Positions 47,846-56,385 of a stretch of DNA of 64,000 bases are shown here, in pieces. The DNA lies in assembly GCA_017441845.1 (NCBI GenBank), contig JAFRVB010000009.1, positions 38,841 to 102,840 on the forward strand, read 5' to 3'. Positions within the stretch are counted from its first letter, which is position 1. Each line of letters opens with the position of its first letter. The position numbers and the translations under genes were made by a program. Under the pieces are notes generated by a model that did no database searches, had not been told where the DNA came from, and saw only the letters and a list, made by a program, of their open reading frames with translations. The DNA comes from Bacilli bacterium. GTDB taxonomy: Bacteria > Bacillota_I > Bacilli_A > RF39 > UBA660.

Positions 47846-50176
47846 ATGGCATCATATCAAGCTAATAGAGATGGTATGGATGGTGGAGACAGAGCTGCTC
47901 AAAGCTATTCAGATCAGAAAAAAGCTGAAGATAAGAGAAGCGATGAAAATAATGCTAAAAACATACAAAATGCTGCTGATGTTGCCATTGCTTCCAAAAA
48001 TCCTTATGCTATGGCTGCAGGAGCAGCTGTAAAAGGTGCAGATAAAGTTACTGGTGGAAAAGCCTCAAAAGCTCTAGGTAAAGCACTTACTAGATCTAAC
48101 AAATTTAATCCTGCTGGTAAAAAAATCCAGGATGCTTCTAATAAATTAAGTGAAAGTGGAGCAAGTGATGCCATTGGCAAAGTTGCTTCAATGAAAGGTG
48201 GCGCTGGAGGTGCCGAAGCAGGAACAGCAGGGGCAGCCGGTAAAGCTAATGCTGCAAGTGATATGTCAAAAGCAGGAGGAGGACCAGAAAGTTCTCTTCC
48301 TTCTTCTAGTGGAGAAGGCTCTGCTTTAGATAAAATAGGTGGAGGAAAGAAGTCTAGTTCTAAAGATTCCTCAAAACCAGAAGAAAAACCATCTGATCCA
48401 GGAGAAGGAAACTATGATTTTTCTAAAGGTTTATTAAAGATGATAATGGCTAATCCAGTAGCTATTGCTTTAGTTTTTGGATTACCAATCTTAATCGCAA
48501 TATCATTCATGACAGTAATGTTAATCAACAGTATAGAAGAAGATTCTAAATATGAAGATGCTCTAGCAGTTTCAACAGCTACAGGAGGCGCCACAGGTTA
48601 TACACAATATAATTCAATGAATGATGAATTTAGAGATTATATTCAAAGAGTTATAGGTGTTACTGGAGACGATGGAACTAGTGATAGTTATACTTCATAT
48701 AATGATAGTCCATATCTAATTGTTGTCGGAACAGTACATGTCATAATGGATAAAGATGGTACTTATACTTATGAATATTTTACTAATGGTAAATTAAGAA
48801 AAATAGCTAGAGCGGTCGCTGGAGATGAACAAGGTACTAAAACTAATCTAGCTAATAATATTTTTCCAAAATATTTCCCTGGATTATCTCAAGGAGAATA
48901 TGAGAATTTAGCTGATAGAGTATTTGAATATATTACTAATTATTATAGTTATATAGGTGCCAATCGAAATAGTGGAGTATGTGTTCCTACATCTACTAGT
49001 AATTGTACTTATGGAATAAAAGGATTCTATATTCCTGGAAAAGGTAATGTTAAAGAAGAACTAAATCTTAATAATGTTAAAGTTAGAATAATGGATTGTA
49101 ATGATAGTTCTAAAGCTGTTGCTGGTGAAGATTTAGTTGATTTTGAAAAATATGTTTTAGGTGTTGCTTATGCTGAAAATGAAGGGGCACCTGAAGAAGC
49201 TTTTAAAACACAATTGATTGCGGCTCGTAGTTTTATTCTTGCTAGACATGCTGATATGGGTGGCAAGATTAAAAAAGAGGGCGATAACTATATAATAGAA
49301 GCTAGATCATGTACTAAAGATCAAGTTTATTGTAATCCTGATTTAGGATGTTCAAAAACTAATGGTAACATGCGAAGTGGAACTGATTATACTTTATATA
49401 AGAAAGCTATTCCAAGTGATAGTAAATATCGTTCTTGGGCAAAAGAAGTAGAAGGAAAAGTTCTACTTAATGATCAAGGTTATGTTGTTTATACTGGCTA
49501 TAAACGAAAAGAACAAACTCAATTTAATTCTTTAGCAAAAGCAGGAAAAGATTATAAACAAATATTACTTGAAGTATATAGTTCTTCTAAAGCTTCTAGT
49601 ATTGGAGGATCTAGTTGTTCAACTTCAGAAGCATGTGCTTCAGTAGGTACAGCAGCCTCAGGAGACTATACAACGTGGAAACAAACAAATAGTTTATGGG
49701 GAAGTATACCTTTAGGTAATTCTTCAACAGATATAGCTAATTCTGGTTGTACAGTAACTTCTATTGCTATGCAGATAAAAAGAAGTGGAGTAGACACTTC
49801 TAATGTTCAAGGAGATTTTAATCCAGGTACTTTTGTTCAAGGATTAAATAAAATTGGTGGATTTGCTGATAATGGAGGAATAATTTGGGAAAAAGTAACT
49901 GAATTAGTTCCACACTTTAAATATATAACTACTAAAGAAGTAAGAGGTAAAACTCAAGAAGAAAAATTAAATGAATTAAGAAATTTAGTAGGAAAAGGAT
50001 ATTATGTAGTTGCTGAAGTTAAAGGAGCAACCCAAAACTCACAACACTGGGTTGCTGTAAATCAAGTAGTAGGAAATACTATTACAATGATGGATCCAGG
50101 TTCTTCAGCAACAGATATGTGGAAAACATATGACCCTGTTAAAACAACATTCTTTGTATGTTATAAAGCTGATTAG
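47846..50176 (+). CDS. Membrane-anchored cell-wall hydrolase: SpoIID/LytB-like plus peptidase C39-like domains
   Basis: G/A/S-rich N-terminus, TM; FEKYVLGVAYAEN...EAFKTQLIAARSF...DQVY; WKQ..WG..LG...SGCTVTSIAM...HWV...DPG. Confidence 0.75.
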   Translation: MASYQANRDGMDGGDRAAQSYSDQKKAEDKRSDENNAKNIQNAADVAIASKNPYAMAAGAAVKGADKVTGGKASKALGKALTRSNKFNPAGKKIQDASNKLSESGASDAIGKVASMKGGAGGAEAGTAGAAGKANAASDMSKAGGGPESSLPSSSGEGSALDKIGGGKKSSSKDSSKPEEKPSDPGEGNYDFSKGLLKMIMANPVAIALVFGLPILIAISFMTVMLINSIEEDSKYEDALAVSTATGGATGYTQYNSMNDEFRDYIQRVIGVTGDDGTSDSYTSYNDSPYLIVVGTVHVIMDKDGTYTYEYFTNGKLRKIARAVAGDEQGTKTNLANNIFPKYFPGLSQGEYENLADRVFEYITNYYSYIGANRNSGVCVPTSTSNCTYGIKGFYIPGKGNVKEELNLNNVKVRIMDCNDSSKAVAGEDLVDFEKYVLGVAYAENEGAPEEAFKTQLIAARSFILARHADMGGKIKKEGDNYIIEARSCTKDQVYCNPDLGCSKTNGNMRSGTDYTLYKKAIPSDSKYRSWAKEVEGKVLLNDQGYVVYTGYKRKEQTQFNSLAKAGKDYKQILLEVYSSSKASSIGGSSCSTSEACASVGTAASGDYTTWKQTNSLWGSIPLGNSSTDIANSGCTVTSIAMQIKRSGVDTSNVQGDFNPGTFVQGLNKIGGFADNGGIIWEKVTELVPHFKYITTKEVRGKTQEEKLNELRNLVGKGYYVVAEVKGATQNSQHWVAVNQVVGNTITMMDPGSSATDMWKTYDPVKTTFFVCYKAD

Positions 50177-50188
50177 AAGGAGATTAAT

Positions 50189-50992
50189 ATGAAAAAAAAT
50201 ACTCAAGTCGCAATAATAGTAATTATTTCATTGACAATATTCTTGTTAGTATTTTTCCTATTCTCTAATAGAGATGGAGTAGTTTTTACTTCTTCTAAGA
50301 GTGAAGGCTATTTAATAGTAGGTCAAAACTCTATGTTTTCTTATCATAATAAGAAAATATATAATGTACCAATCAATAGTAATGTAATGAAAGAATTAGA
50401 TTGGAATGAATTCAAAGTATTAGATAATTATAAAGTTAAAGGAAATTATCTAATGCACTTTGATGAAAAATGGTATTTATTTACTAAAGATAGAAAAGCT
50501 GTTACTTATGAAAGTGATAGTATTATAGCTTATAAAGCTAATTATAAAATGAACTATGTATATAAAGAATCTATTCCTATAGTAGATAATGAATATGTAG
50601 AGAAAGTTGCTGATAAAAAAGGTGTGGCAGCAGAAAATTTAACTGTTAATGAAGAAGTAAATATGGATATAGATAATGATGGTAAAAATGAAACTTTCTA
50701 TCTAATAAGTACAGCTTTACCAGTAATACCTACAGAGGATAAAGAGTACTCTATAGTATTCATGGTTAAAGATGGCAAAATCTATAATATTTATGATACT
50801 TTAGTAGCTAAAATAATTCCTGATATATGTCAACCTAAGATAGAAGGATTTATTAATTTAAATGAAAATAATAAGTATGAAGTAATACTTTCTTGTAGTA
50901 CGATTGGACCTCGTGAACAAAAAGTTTATTTGTATGAAATGACTAAGAAAAATGGTAATTTACAATTTGAATTAAAAGCATCTAATACATAG
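50189..50992 (+). CDS. Single-pass membrane protein with DIDNDGKNE Ca-binding-like motif
   Basis: N-terminal TM; DxDxDG motif; Cys pair. Confidence 0.6.
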   Translation: MKKNTQVAIIVIISLTIFLLVFFLFSNRDGVVFTSSKSEGYLIVGQNSMFSYHNKKIYNVPINSNVMKELDWNEFKVLDNYKVKGNYLMHFDEKWYLFTKDRKAVTYESDSIIAYKANYKMNYVYKESIPIVDNEYVEKVADKKGVAAENLTVNEEVNMDIDNDGKNETFYLISTALPVIPTEDKEYSIVFMVKDGKIYNIYDTLVAKIIPDICQPKIEGFINLNENNKYEVILSCSTIGPREQKVYLYEMTKKNGNLQFELKASNT

Positions 50993-51018
50993 ACAGTTTT
51001 AAAAAGTTAAGATATAAT
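50990..51018 (+). promoter_or_regulatory. Internal promoter for VirD4
   Basis: TAGACA-17 nt-TATAAT. Confidence 0.55.
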
Positions 51019-51042
51019 ATTAAATGAGAAAGGACGAAGTAT

Positions 51043-53298
51043 ATGAAACTAAAATTACGTGTTGATTCAGATGATTTATTAATGTTTGGTGTATTTGCAG
51101 TATTCTTACTATATGTAATAGCTGTATTAATTTTAAATGTTTCACATTTAGCATCAGAAGGTTCATTATCTGGATTAAACCCATTTCCAGCTTTTGGTCC
51201 TAAATATATAGCAATTACTATACCTTTATGGCTACTAGGATTAGGTGCCATTCTTTTCAGTGTTAAATCATATATCTTTGAAAGAGATACAGGAATAGGT
51301 TTAACTACTGAAAAAGTATCTAAAGGTTATTCAAGATGGGCAAAAGATAAAGAAGTTCAAAATGATGCAGACATGATGGAAATAGATGTCTATGATAAGA
51401 ATGTTAAAGGTGCAGGAGTACCATTAATACTTAAAAAAGATAAACTTTGGGTAGATAATGGAGAATATCATACTTTAGTTATTGGATCTACTGGTTCAGG
51501 TAAAACTCAAACAGTAGTTTTCCCTATGGTTAGAGTTCTAGCTCGTCATGGAGAAAGTATGATTATTACTGACCCTAAAGGTGAAATCTATGAAAAGACA
51601 GCTAATATGCTTCGTAAAAAAGGTTATCAAATATTATTATTAAACTTCCGTGATCCTCAAAGAGGTAATGCTTGGAATCCGATGAGCCTACCTTATAGCC
51701 TATATCAACAAGGAAATCAAGATAAAGCTATCGAGTTATTAGATGACTTAGCACTAAATATTTTGTATGATGCTTCATCTAATCAACAAGATCCATTCTG
51801 GGAGAAAACTTCAGCTGATTACTTCGCAGGTATTGCCCTAGGTTTATTTGAGGATGCTAAACCAGAGGAAATAAACATCAATTCTATTTCTTTAGCCACA
51901 ACAGTTGGTGAAGAAAAGTTTGGTGGTTCTACATATATTAAAGAATATTTTGGAGATAAAGATCCAAGAAGTGCTGCTGCAATTGATGCATCTTCTACTA
52001 TAATGGCACCAGATGATACAAAAGATTCAATTCTAGCAGTATTCAAACAAAAAATTAAATTGTTCGCTTCACGTGAAAATTTAAGTGAAATGTTATCTTA
52101 TTCTGATATAGATATATCTACTATCGGAGAAAGAAAAACAGCTGTATTTATCGTTATTCAAGATGAAAAGAAAACATATCACGCCTTAGCGACAATTCTA
52201 TTAAAACAAATTTATGAAACACTTATTTCAACAGCTCAAAAACATGGTGGAAAACTACCAGTTAGAACAAACTTCATCTTAGATGAGTTTGCCAACATGC
52301 CACCATTAAAAGATGTTACTACTATGATTACCGCAGCTCGTTCTCGTAAGATAAGATTTACAATGATTATTCAAAACTATGCTCAATTAGATCAAGTTTA
52401 TGGTAAAGAAGAAGCTGAAACTATACGTGGTAACTGTGGTAACTTAATTTACTTATTAACTACTGAGTTAAAAGCCTTAGAAGAAATATCTAAGATGTGT
52501 GGTGAGGTTAAATCTAAGAAAGATGATAAAACAGCTTCAACACCTTTAGTAACAGTTTCAGACTTACAAAGAATGAAGAAGTTTGACGTTATCATTATGC
52601 GTACAAGACTTCAACCATTCAAAACACACTTTACTCCAGATTTTCAAATAGATTGGGGAGAAAAACCTCCTAAATCTGGATATCCAACTAGAGAAAAACG
52701 TGAAATTCATACTTTCGATATAAAACAATTTGTTAAAGATACTAAAAAGAAAAAATTATTAGAAATGATGAATCAAGATACATCTGGTTCAAATGATTCT
52801 AGAGGTGGAGGAGCTAAACCTGTACCACCAATAAGTCCATTTGAACAAAGAATTAAAGAAAAACAAGCTGAAATCAGTAAAGAAGATTCTAATATTACTC
52901 ATGAAATACCAAAACCAAGTATTGATATAAAAGAAAATGATAAGAGTTCTATCGCAATGAGTAAAGAAGAATTAAAAACAACACCATTTGGTCAATTTAA
53001 TAATGAATCAGTAATTAAACCTAATCCATTCCCATCTATCGATGTTAAAGAAGATGAAGATGATCAAGATGAATTAGAATTTGATGTGGATGAATTAGTA
53101 AAGAAAATAGATGCTAAAATAGCCGAACTAGAAAGAGAAGAAGCCTTAGAACGTCAAAAATCTAAATCCAAAGGAGCATCCTCAACTAAAGAGACTACAC
53201 CGGTTGTTGAAACTCCTCAGCAAAAACCAACTAATCTTAACTTAGAAGAATTAGATGAAGATGATGATGATTTCTTTGATGATTTCTTTGATAATTAG
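51043..53298 (+). CDS. virD4: VirD4/TraG-like type IV coupling protein
   Basis: Two N-terminal TMs, HTLVIGSTGSGKT, ITDPKGE, WNP, FILDEFAN, ARSR, IQNYAQL..YG; long acidic tail. Confidence 0.92.
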   Translation: MKLKLRVDSDDLLMFGVFAVFLLYVIAVLILNVSHLASEGSLSGLNPFPAFGPKYIAITIPLWLLGLGAILFSVKSYIFERDTGIGLTTEKVSKGYSRWAKDKEVQNDADMMEIDVYDKNVKGAGVPLILKKDKLWVDNGEYHTLVIGSTGSGKTQTVVFPMVRVLARHGESMIITDPKGEIYEKTANMLRKKGYQILLLNFRDPQRGNAWNPMSLPYSLYQQGNQDKAIELLDDLALNILYDASSNQQDPFWEKTSADYFAGIALGLFEDAKPEEININSISLATTVGEEKFGGSTYIKEYFGDKDPRSAAAIDASSTIMAPDDTKDSILAVFKQKIKLFASRENLSEMLSYSDIDISTIGERKTAVFIVIQDEKKTYHALATILLKQIYETLISTAQKHGGKLPVRTNFILDEFANMPPLKDVTTMITAARSRKIRFTMIIQNYAQLDQVYGKEEAETIRGNCGNLIYLLTTELKALEEISKMCGEVKSKKDDKTASTPLVTVSDLQRMKKFDVIIMRTRLQPFKTHFTPDFQIDWGEKPPKSGYPTREKREIHTFDIKQFVKDTKKKKLLEMMNQDTSGSNDSRGGGAKPVPPISPFEQRIKEKQAEISKEDSNITHEIPKPSIDIKENDKSSIAMSKEELKTTPFGQFNNESVIKPNPFPSIDVKEDEDDQDELEFDVDELVKKIDAKIAELEREEALERQKSKSKGASSTKETTPVVETPQQKPTNLNLEELDEDDDDFFDDFFDN

Positions 53299-53308
53299 GA
53301 GGTAAATT

Positions 53309-54577
53309 ATGGAAATTAACTTTAATGAAGGAAAAAAAGAATTAGATAATGTCCAAGAAACTGAAACTCAAGAAGAAGAAATGATTTCAGAAGATGGTGA
53401 AATAATTACTGATTATGAAGAAGATACTACTGATTATGAAAAGATTAAACAAGATAGAAATAAAGAAGAATTAAAAGGACAAATAAAAAAACTATTAATT
53501 ATAGCTGGTGTTATTCTAGGTATTATATTGTTCTTTATACTAATTGTTAGTTTATTTATGAAAAAATCATATACTTATGACGATGTTGAATTAGTAATGA
53601 AGAATGCTACTCAAAAATACTTTGTAGAGTATAAAAACTATCTACCTAAAGAAGAAGGAGATACTAGAAATGTACCTGTAGATAATTTAGTAGCTGGCAA
53701 ATATATGAAAGAATTATCATACTATTTACCAAATGATACTTGTACAGGACGTGTAACAGTAGAAAAAACAGCTGATAGTTATGACTATAGACCTTATCTA
53801 AATTGTGGAGAAAGTTATCAAACAATAGAGTTATATAAGAAAGTAGCAGGTGATGATAATATCGTTACTTCAGGTTATGGATTATATAATCTATATGGTA
53901 ATTATGTATTTAGAGGAGAAGATGTTAATAACTTTGTTAAATTAGGTGATAATCTATGGAGAATATTCAAAGTAACATCTGATGGAAATATCGGTCTAGT
54001 TTATCATGATCGTATCAGTTATTCGTCTCTAAGTTGGGATGATAGATACAATAAAGCTAAAGATTATAATATAGGTATAAATAATTATGTAACAAGTAGA
54101 GTAAAAGAAAACTTAGAAAAACTATATAATAATAAATTAGATGAAGAAGATGAGTTTAAATTATTAAATTCTAATCATAAAGAAAAATTAGCTAGATTTG
54201 ATTTATGTGTAGGTAAACGTGCTCATAAAGATAATACTAATAATAATTCTACTGAGTGTAGTGAGAAAGTTAATGATCAATTAATAGGTTTATTAACAAT
54301 ATCAGATTACATGCAAGCATCTCTAGATACTAGTTGTACTTTAACTTTATCAGAGAGTTGTCAAAACTATAATTATTTAAATACTGATTTTGCATGGTGG
54401 TTTGTTACTGCTGATGCGGCTAATACTTATGATGCTTATAACTTTACTCCAGAATACGGAGTACAAACTAAACATACTAGTAGTAGTGCTTATCTAAGAC
54501 CAGTAATCTACTTAAAGAACAATGTATTCTATAAGAGTGGAAAAGGTACTTTAGAAAAACCTTATAAAATTAAATAG
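53309..54577 (+). CDS. Surface protein paralogous to 30023 (acidic N-terminus, TM, pilin-like Cys domain, DUF6273-like)
   Basis: MKNATQKY...C...YRPYLNCG; C-terminal LRPVIYLK...GKGTLEKPYKIK. Confidence 0.65.
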   Translation: MEINFNEGKKELDNVQETETQEEEMISEDGEIITDYEEDTTDYEKIKQDRNKEELKGQIKKLLIIAGVILGIILFFILIVSLFMKKSYTYDDVELVMKNATQKYFVEYKNYLPKEEGDTRNVPVDNLVAGKYMKELSYYLPNDTCTGRVTVEKTADSYDYRPYLNCGESYQTIELYKKVAGDDNIVTSGYGLYNLYGNYVFRGEDVNNFVKLGDNLWRIFKVTSDGNIGLVYHDRISYSSLSWDDRYNKAKDYNIGINNYVTSRVKENLEKLYNNKLDEEDEFKLLNSNHKEKLARFDLCVGKRAHKDNTNNNSTECSEKVNDQLIGLLTISDYMQASLDTSCTLTLSESCQNYNYLNTDFAWWFVTADAANTYDAYNFTPEYGVQTKHTSSSAYLRPVIYLKNNVFYKSGKGTLEKPYKIK

Positions 54578-54595
54578 AGTCGTAAGACTCTTTTT
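54576..54595 (+). terminator. Terminator; right border of locus
   Basis: AGAGTC-gtaa-GACTCT-TTTT. Confidence 0.8.
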
Positions 54596-54652
54596 ATATG
54601 TTGAAAAGTATAATAGTTCATATTATAATAAAAACATAATGGAGATGATCAT

Positions 54653-55726
54653 ATGGATTATATAATTATAGGATTATTAGTATTATTAATAATATTAGTA
54701 GTAATATCTCTCTTTAAAAATATTAATGAATCTAATATTACTGAAAGATTAGGTAAATTAGAATTAAGTATGACTAAGGAATTAGGAGAATTTAAAGTAG
54801 ATATTAATAAAAACTTAAATGAAGATTTCAATAAATTAAATGAACAAGTAGAAAAAAGATTATTAAGTATTAATGAAAAAGTAAATGAAAGATTAGATCA
54901 AAACTTTGAAAAGACTAATAAGACTTTTATGAATGTTATTGAAAGATTATCTAAGATAGATGAAGCTCAAAAGAAAATAGATAATCTATCTACAGATATC
55001 GTGTCTTTACAAAGTATTCTTACTGATAAAAAGACTAGAGGTATCTATGGAGAAGTTAATCTGGCTCATATACTTGCTAGTGTCTTTGGTGAACATAATG
55101 ATAAGATTTATCGTTTGCAACATACTTTATCTACAGGAGTAATTGCGGACTCTGTGTTATTTGCTCCTAAACCATTAGGTACTATTGCTATAGACTCTAA
55201 ATTTCCACTAGAGAATTATCAATTAATGGTAGATAAAAAGTTATCAGTGTCAGACAGAGAAAAAGCTGAAAAGATGTTTAAAATGGATATGAAGAAACAT
55301 ATTGATGCGATAAGTGAAAAATATATTATACCTGGTGAAACAACTGATCAAGCCATTCTTTTCTTACCAGCTGAAGCTATATTTGCTGAAGTTAATGCTT
55401 ATCATCCAGATATAATTAATTATGCTTATAAAAAGAGAGTATGGATAACTTCACCAACAACTCTAATCTCAACTTTAACAGTCATTGAAATGATTATTAA
55501 AAATATGGAAAGAGATAAATATGCGTCTATTATTCATGATGAATTAAATAAATTAGGTTTAGAATTTGCAAGATACAAAGAACGTTGGGATAAATTAACT
55601 AGAAGTATTGATACTGTAAACAAAGATATTCAAAGTGTATCTATAACTACAGATAAGATTACTAAGAAGTTTGCTTCTATTAATAAAGTTGAAGTAGAAA
55701 ATAATGAAATAAAAGAACTTGAGTAA
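54653..55726 (+). CDS. rmuC: DNA recombination protein RmuC
   Basis: TM plus coiled coil; RGIYGEVNL, IDSKFPLENY, LFLPAEAIFAE, SPTTL. Confidence 0.93.
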   Translation: MDYIIIGLLVLLIILVVISLFKNINESNITERLGKLELSMTKELGEFKVDINKNLNEDFNKLNEQVEKRLLSINEKVNERLDQNFEKTNKTFMNVIERLSKIDEAQKKIDNLSTDIVSLQSILTDKKTRGIYGEVNLAHILASVFGEHNDKIYRLQHTLSTGVIADSVLFAPKPLGTIAIDSKFPLENYQLMVDKKLSVSDREKAEKMFKMDMKKHIDAISEKYIIPGETTDQAILFLPAEAIFAEVNAYHPDIINYAYKKRVWITSPTTLISTLTVIEMIIKNMERDKYASIIHDELNKLGLEFARYKERWDKLTRSIDTVNKDIQSVSITTDKITKKFASINKVEVENNEIKELE

Positions 55727-55739
55727 GTTCTTTTATTTT
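55711..55739 (+). terminator. Terminator after rmuC
   Basis: AAAAGAACTT-gagt-AAGTTCTTTT. Confidence 0.7.
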
Positions 55740-55767
55740 ATGTTATAATAATACTAGGAGGGCTTTT

Positions 55768-56385
55768 ATGGAGATTAAAACAAAGAGTATTTTAGAAAAA
55801 TTAGAGATGATTAAAGAAATAGAAGACATCCAACAAGAAGACCTAGATAAAATAGATGAATTAAATATCACAGGTAAAGACTTTAATAATGATACTCAAA
55901 CAGTAGATTTCAATGATTTAAAATTATTTCCTAATTTAAAAAATCTAAGTATTGAATATTCTACTATAGATTATGACTGTATCGATATAATTAGAAATTA
56001 TGAATTAAAGAATTTATCATTTATATCTTGTGAATTTGATTCTGATTTAACTAATATAAAATCTATTAATACAGAGAATATTTATATAAGTAATTGCTAT
56101 GACTTTGATTTTTCTTTTATTAATAATAAAGAATTTAATGAAGTAAATATCTCTACTGAAACTATAAGAGATAAGATTAATATAAATTGTAATAAATTAA
56201 ATTTAGAACATTGTGAAATAGAAAATCCTGAAGTATTAAGAGGTCTAAATATTAAAGAATTAATTATTTCTACAATTCAATATGAAGAAAATCCTACTGT
56301 TTATGAGAATTTAGGATATCCAGTTACTGTTATGGATGAAGATAGTGAATTTGTCTATACTAAGTTAGGTGAGGGTAATGAGTAA
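55768..56385 (+). CDS. Acidic protein with degenerate leucine-rich repeats
   Basis: FPNLKNLSIE, LKNLSFISC, LNLEHC repeats. Confidence 0.55.
   Translation: MEIKTKSILEKLEMIKEIEDIQQEDLDKIDELNITGKDFNNDTQTVDFNDLKLFPNLKNLSIEYSTIDYDCIDIIRNYELKNLSFISCEFDSDLTNIKSINTENIYISNCYDFDFSFINNKEFNEVNISTETIRDKININCNKLNLEHCEIENPEVLRGLNIKELIISTIQYEENPTVYENLGYPVTVMDEDSEFVYTKLGEGNE

Noticed and set aside
44784-48032. Same-strand alternative-frame ORFs 44784-45014 and 47838-48032
   Set aside because: Nested in longer genes with recognisable domains; no independent evidence
28445-54595. Calling the T4SS region an ICE or prophage
   Set aside because: No integrase, relaxase, excisionase, phage genes or flanking att repeats seen; bounded by ordinary terminators and housekeeping genes
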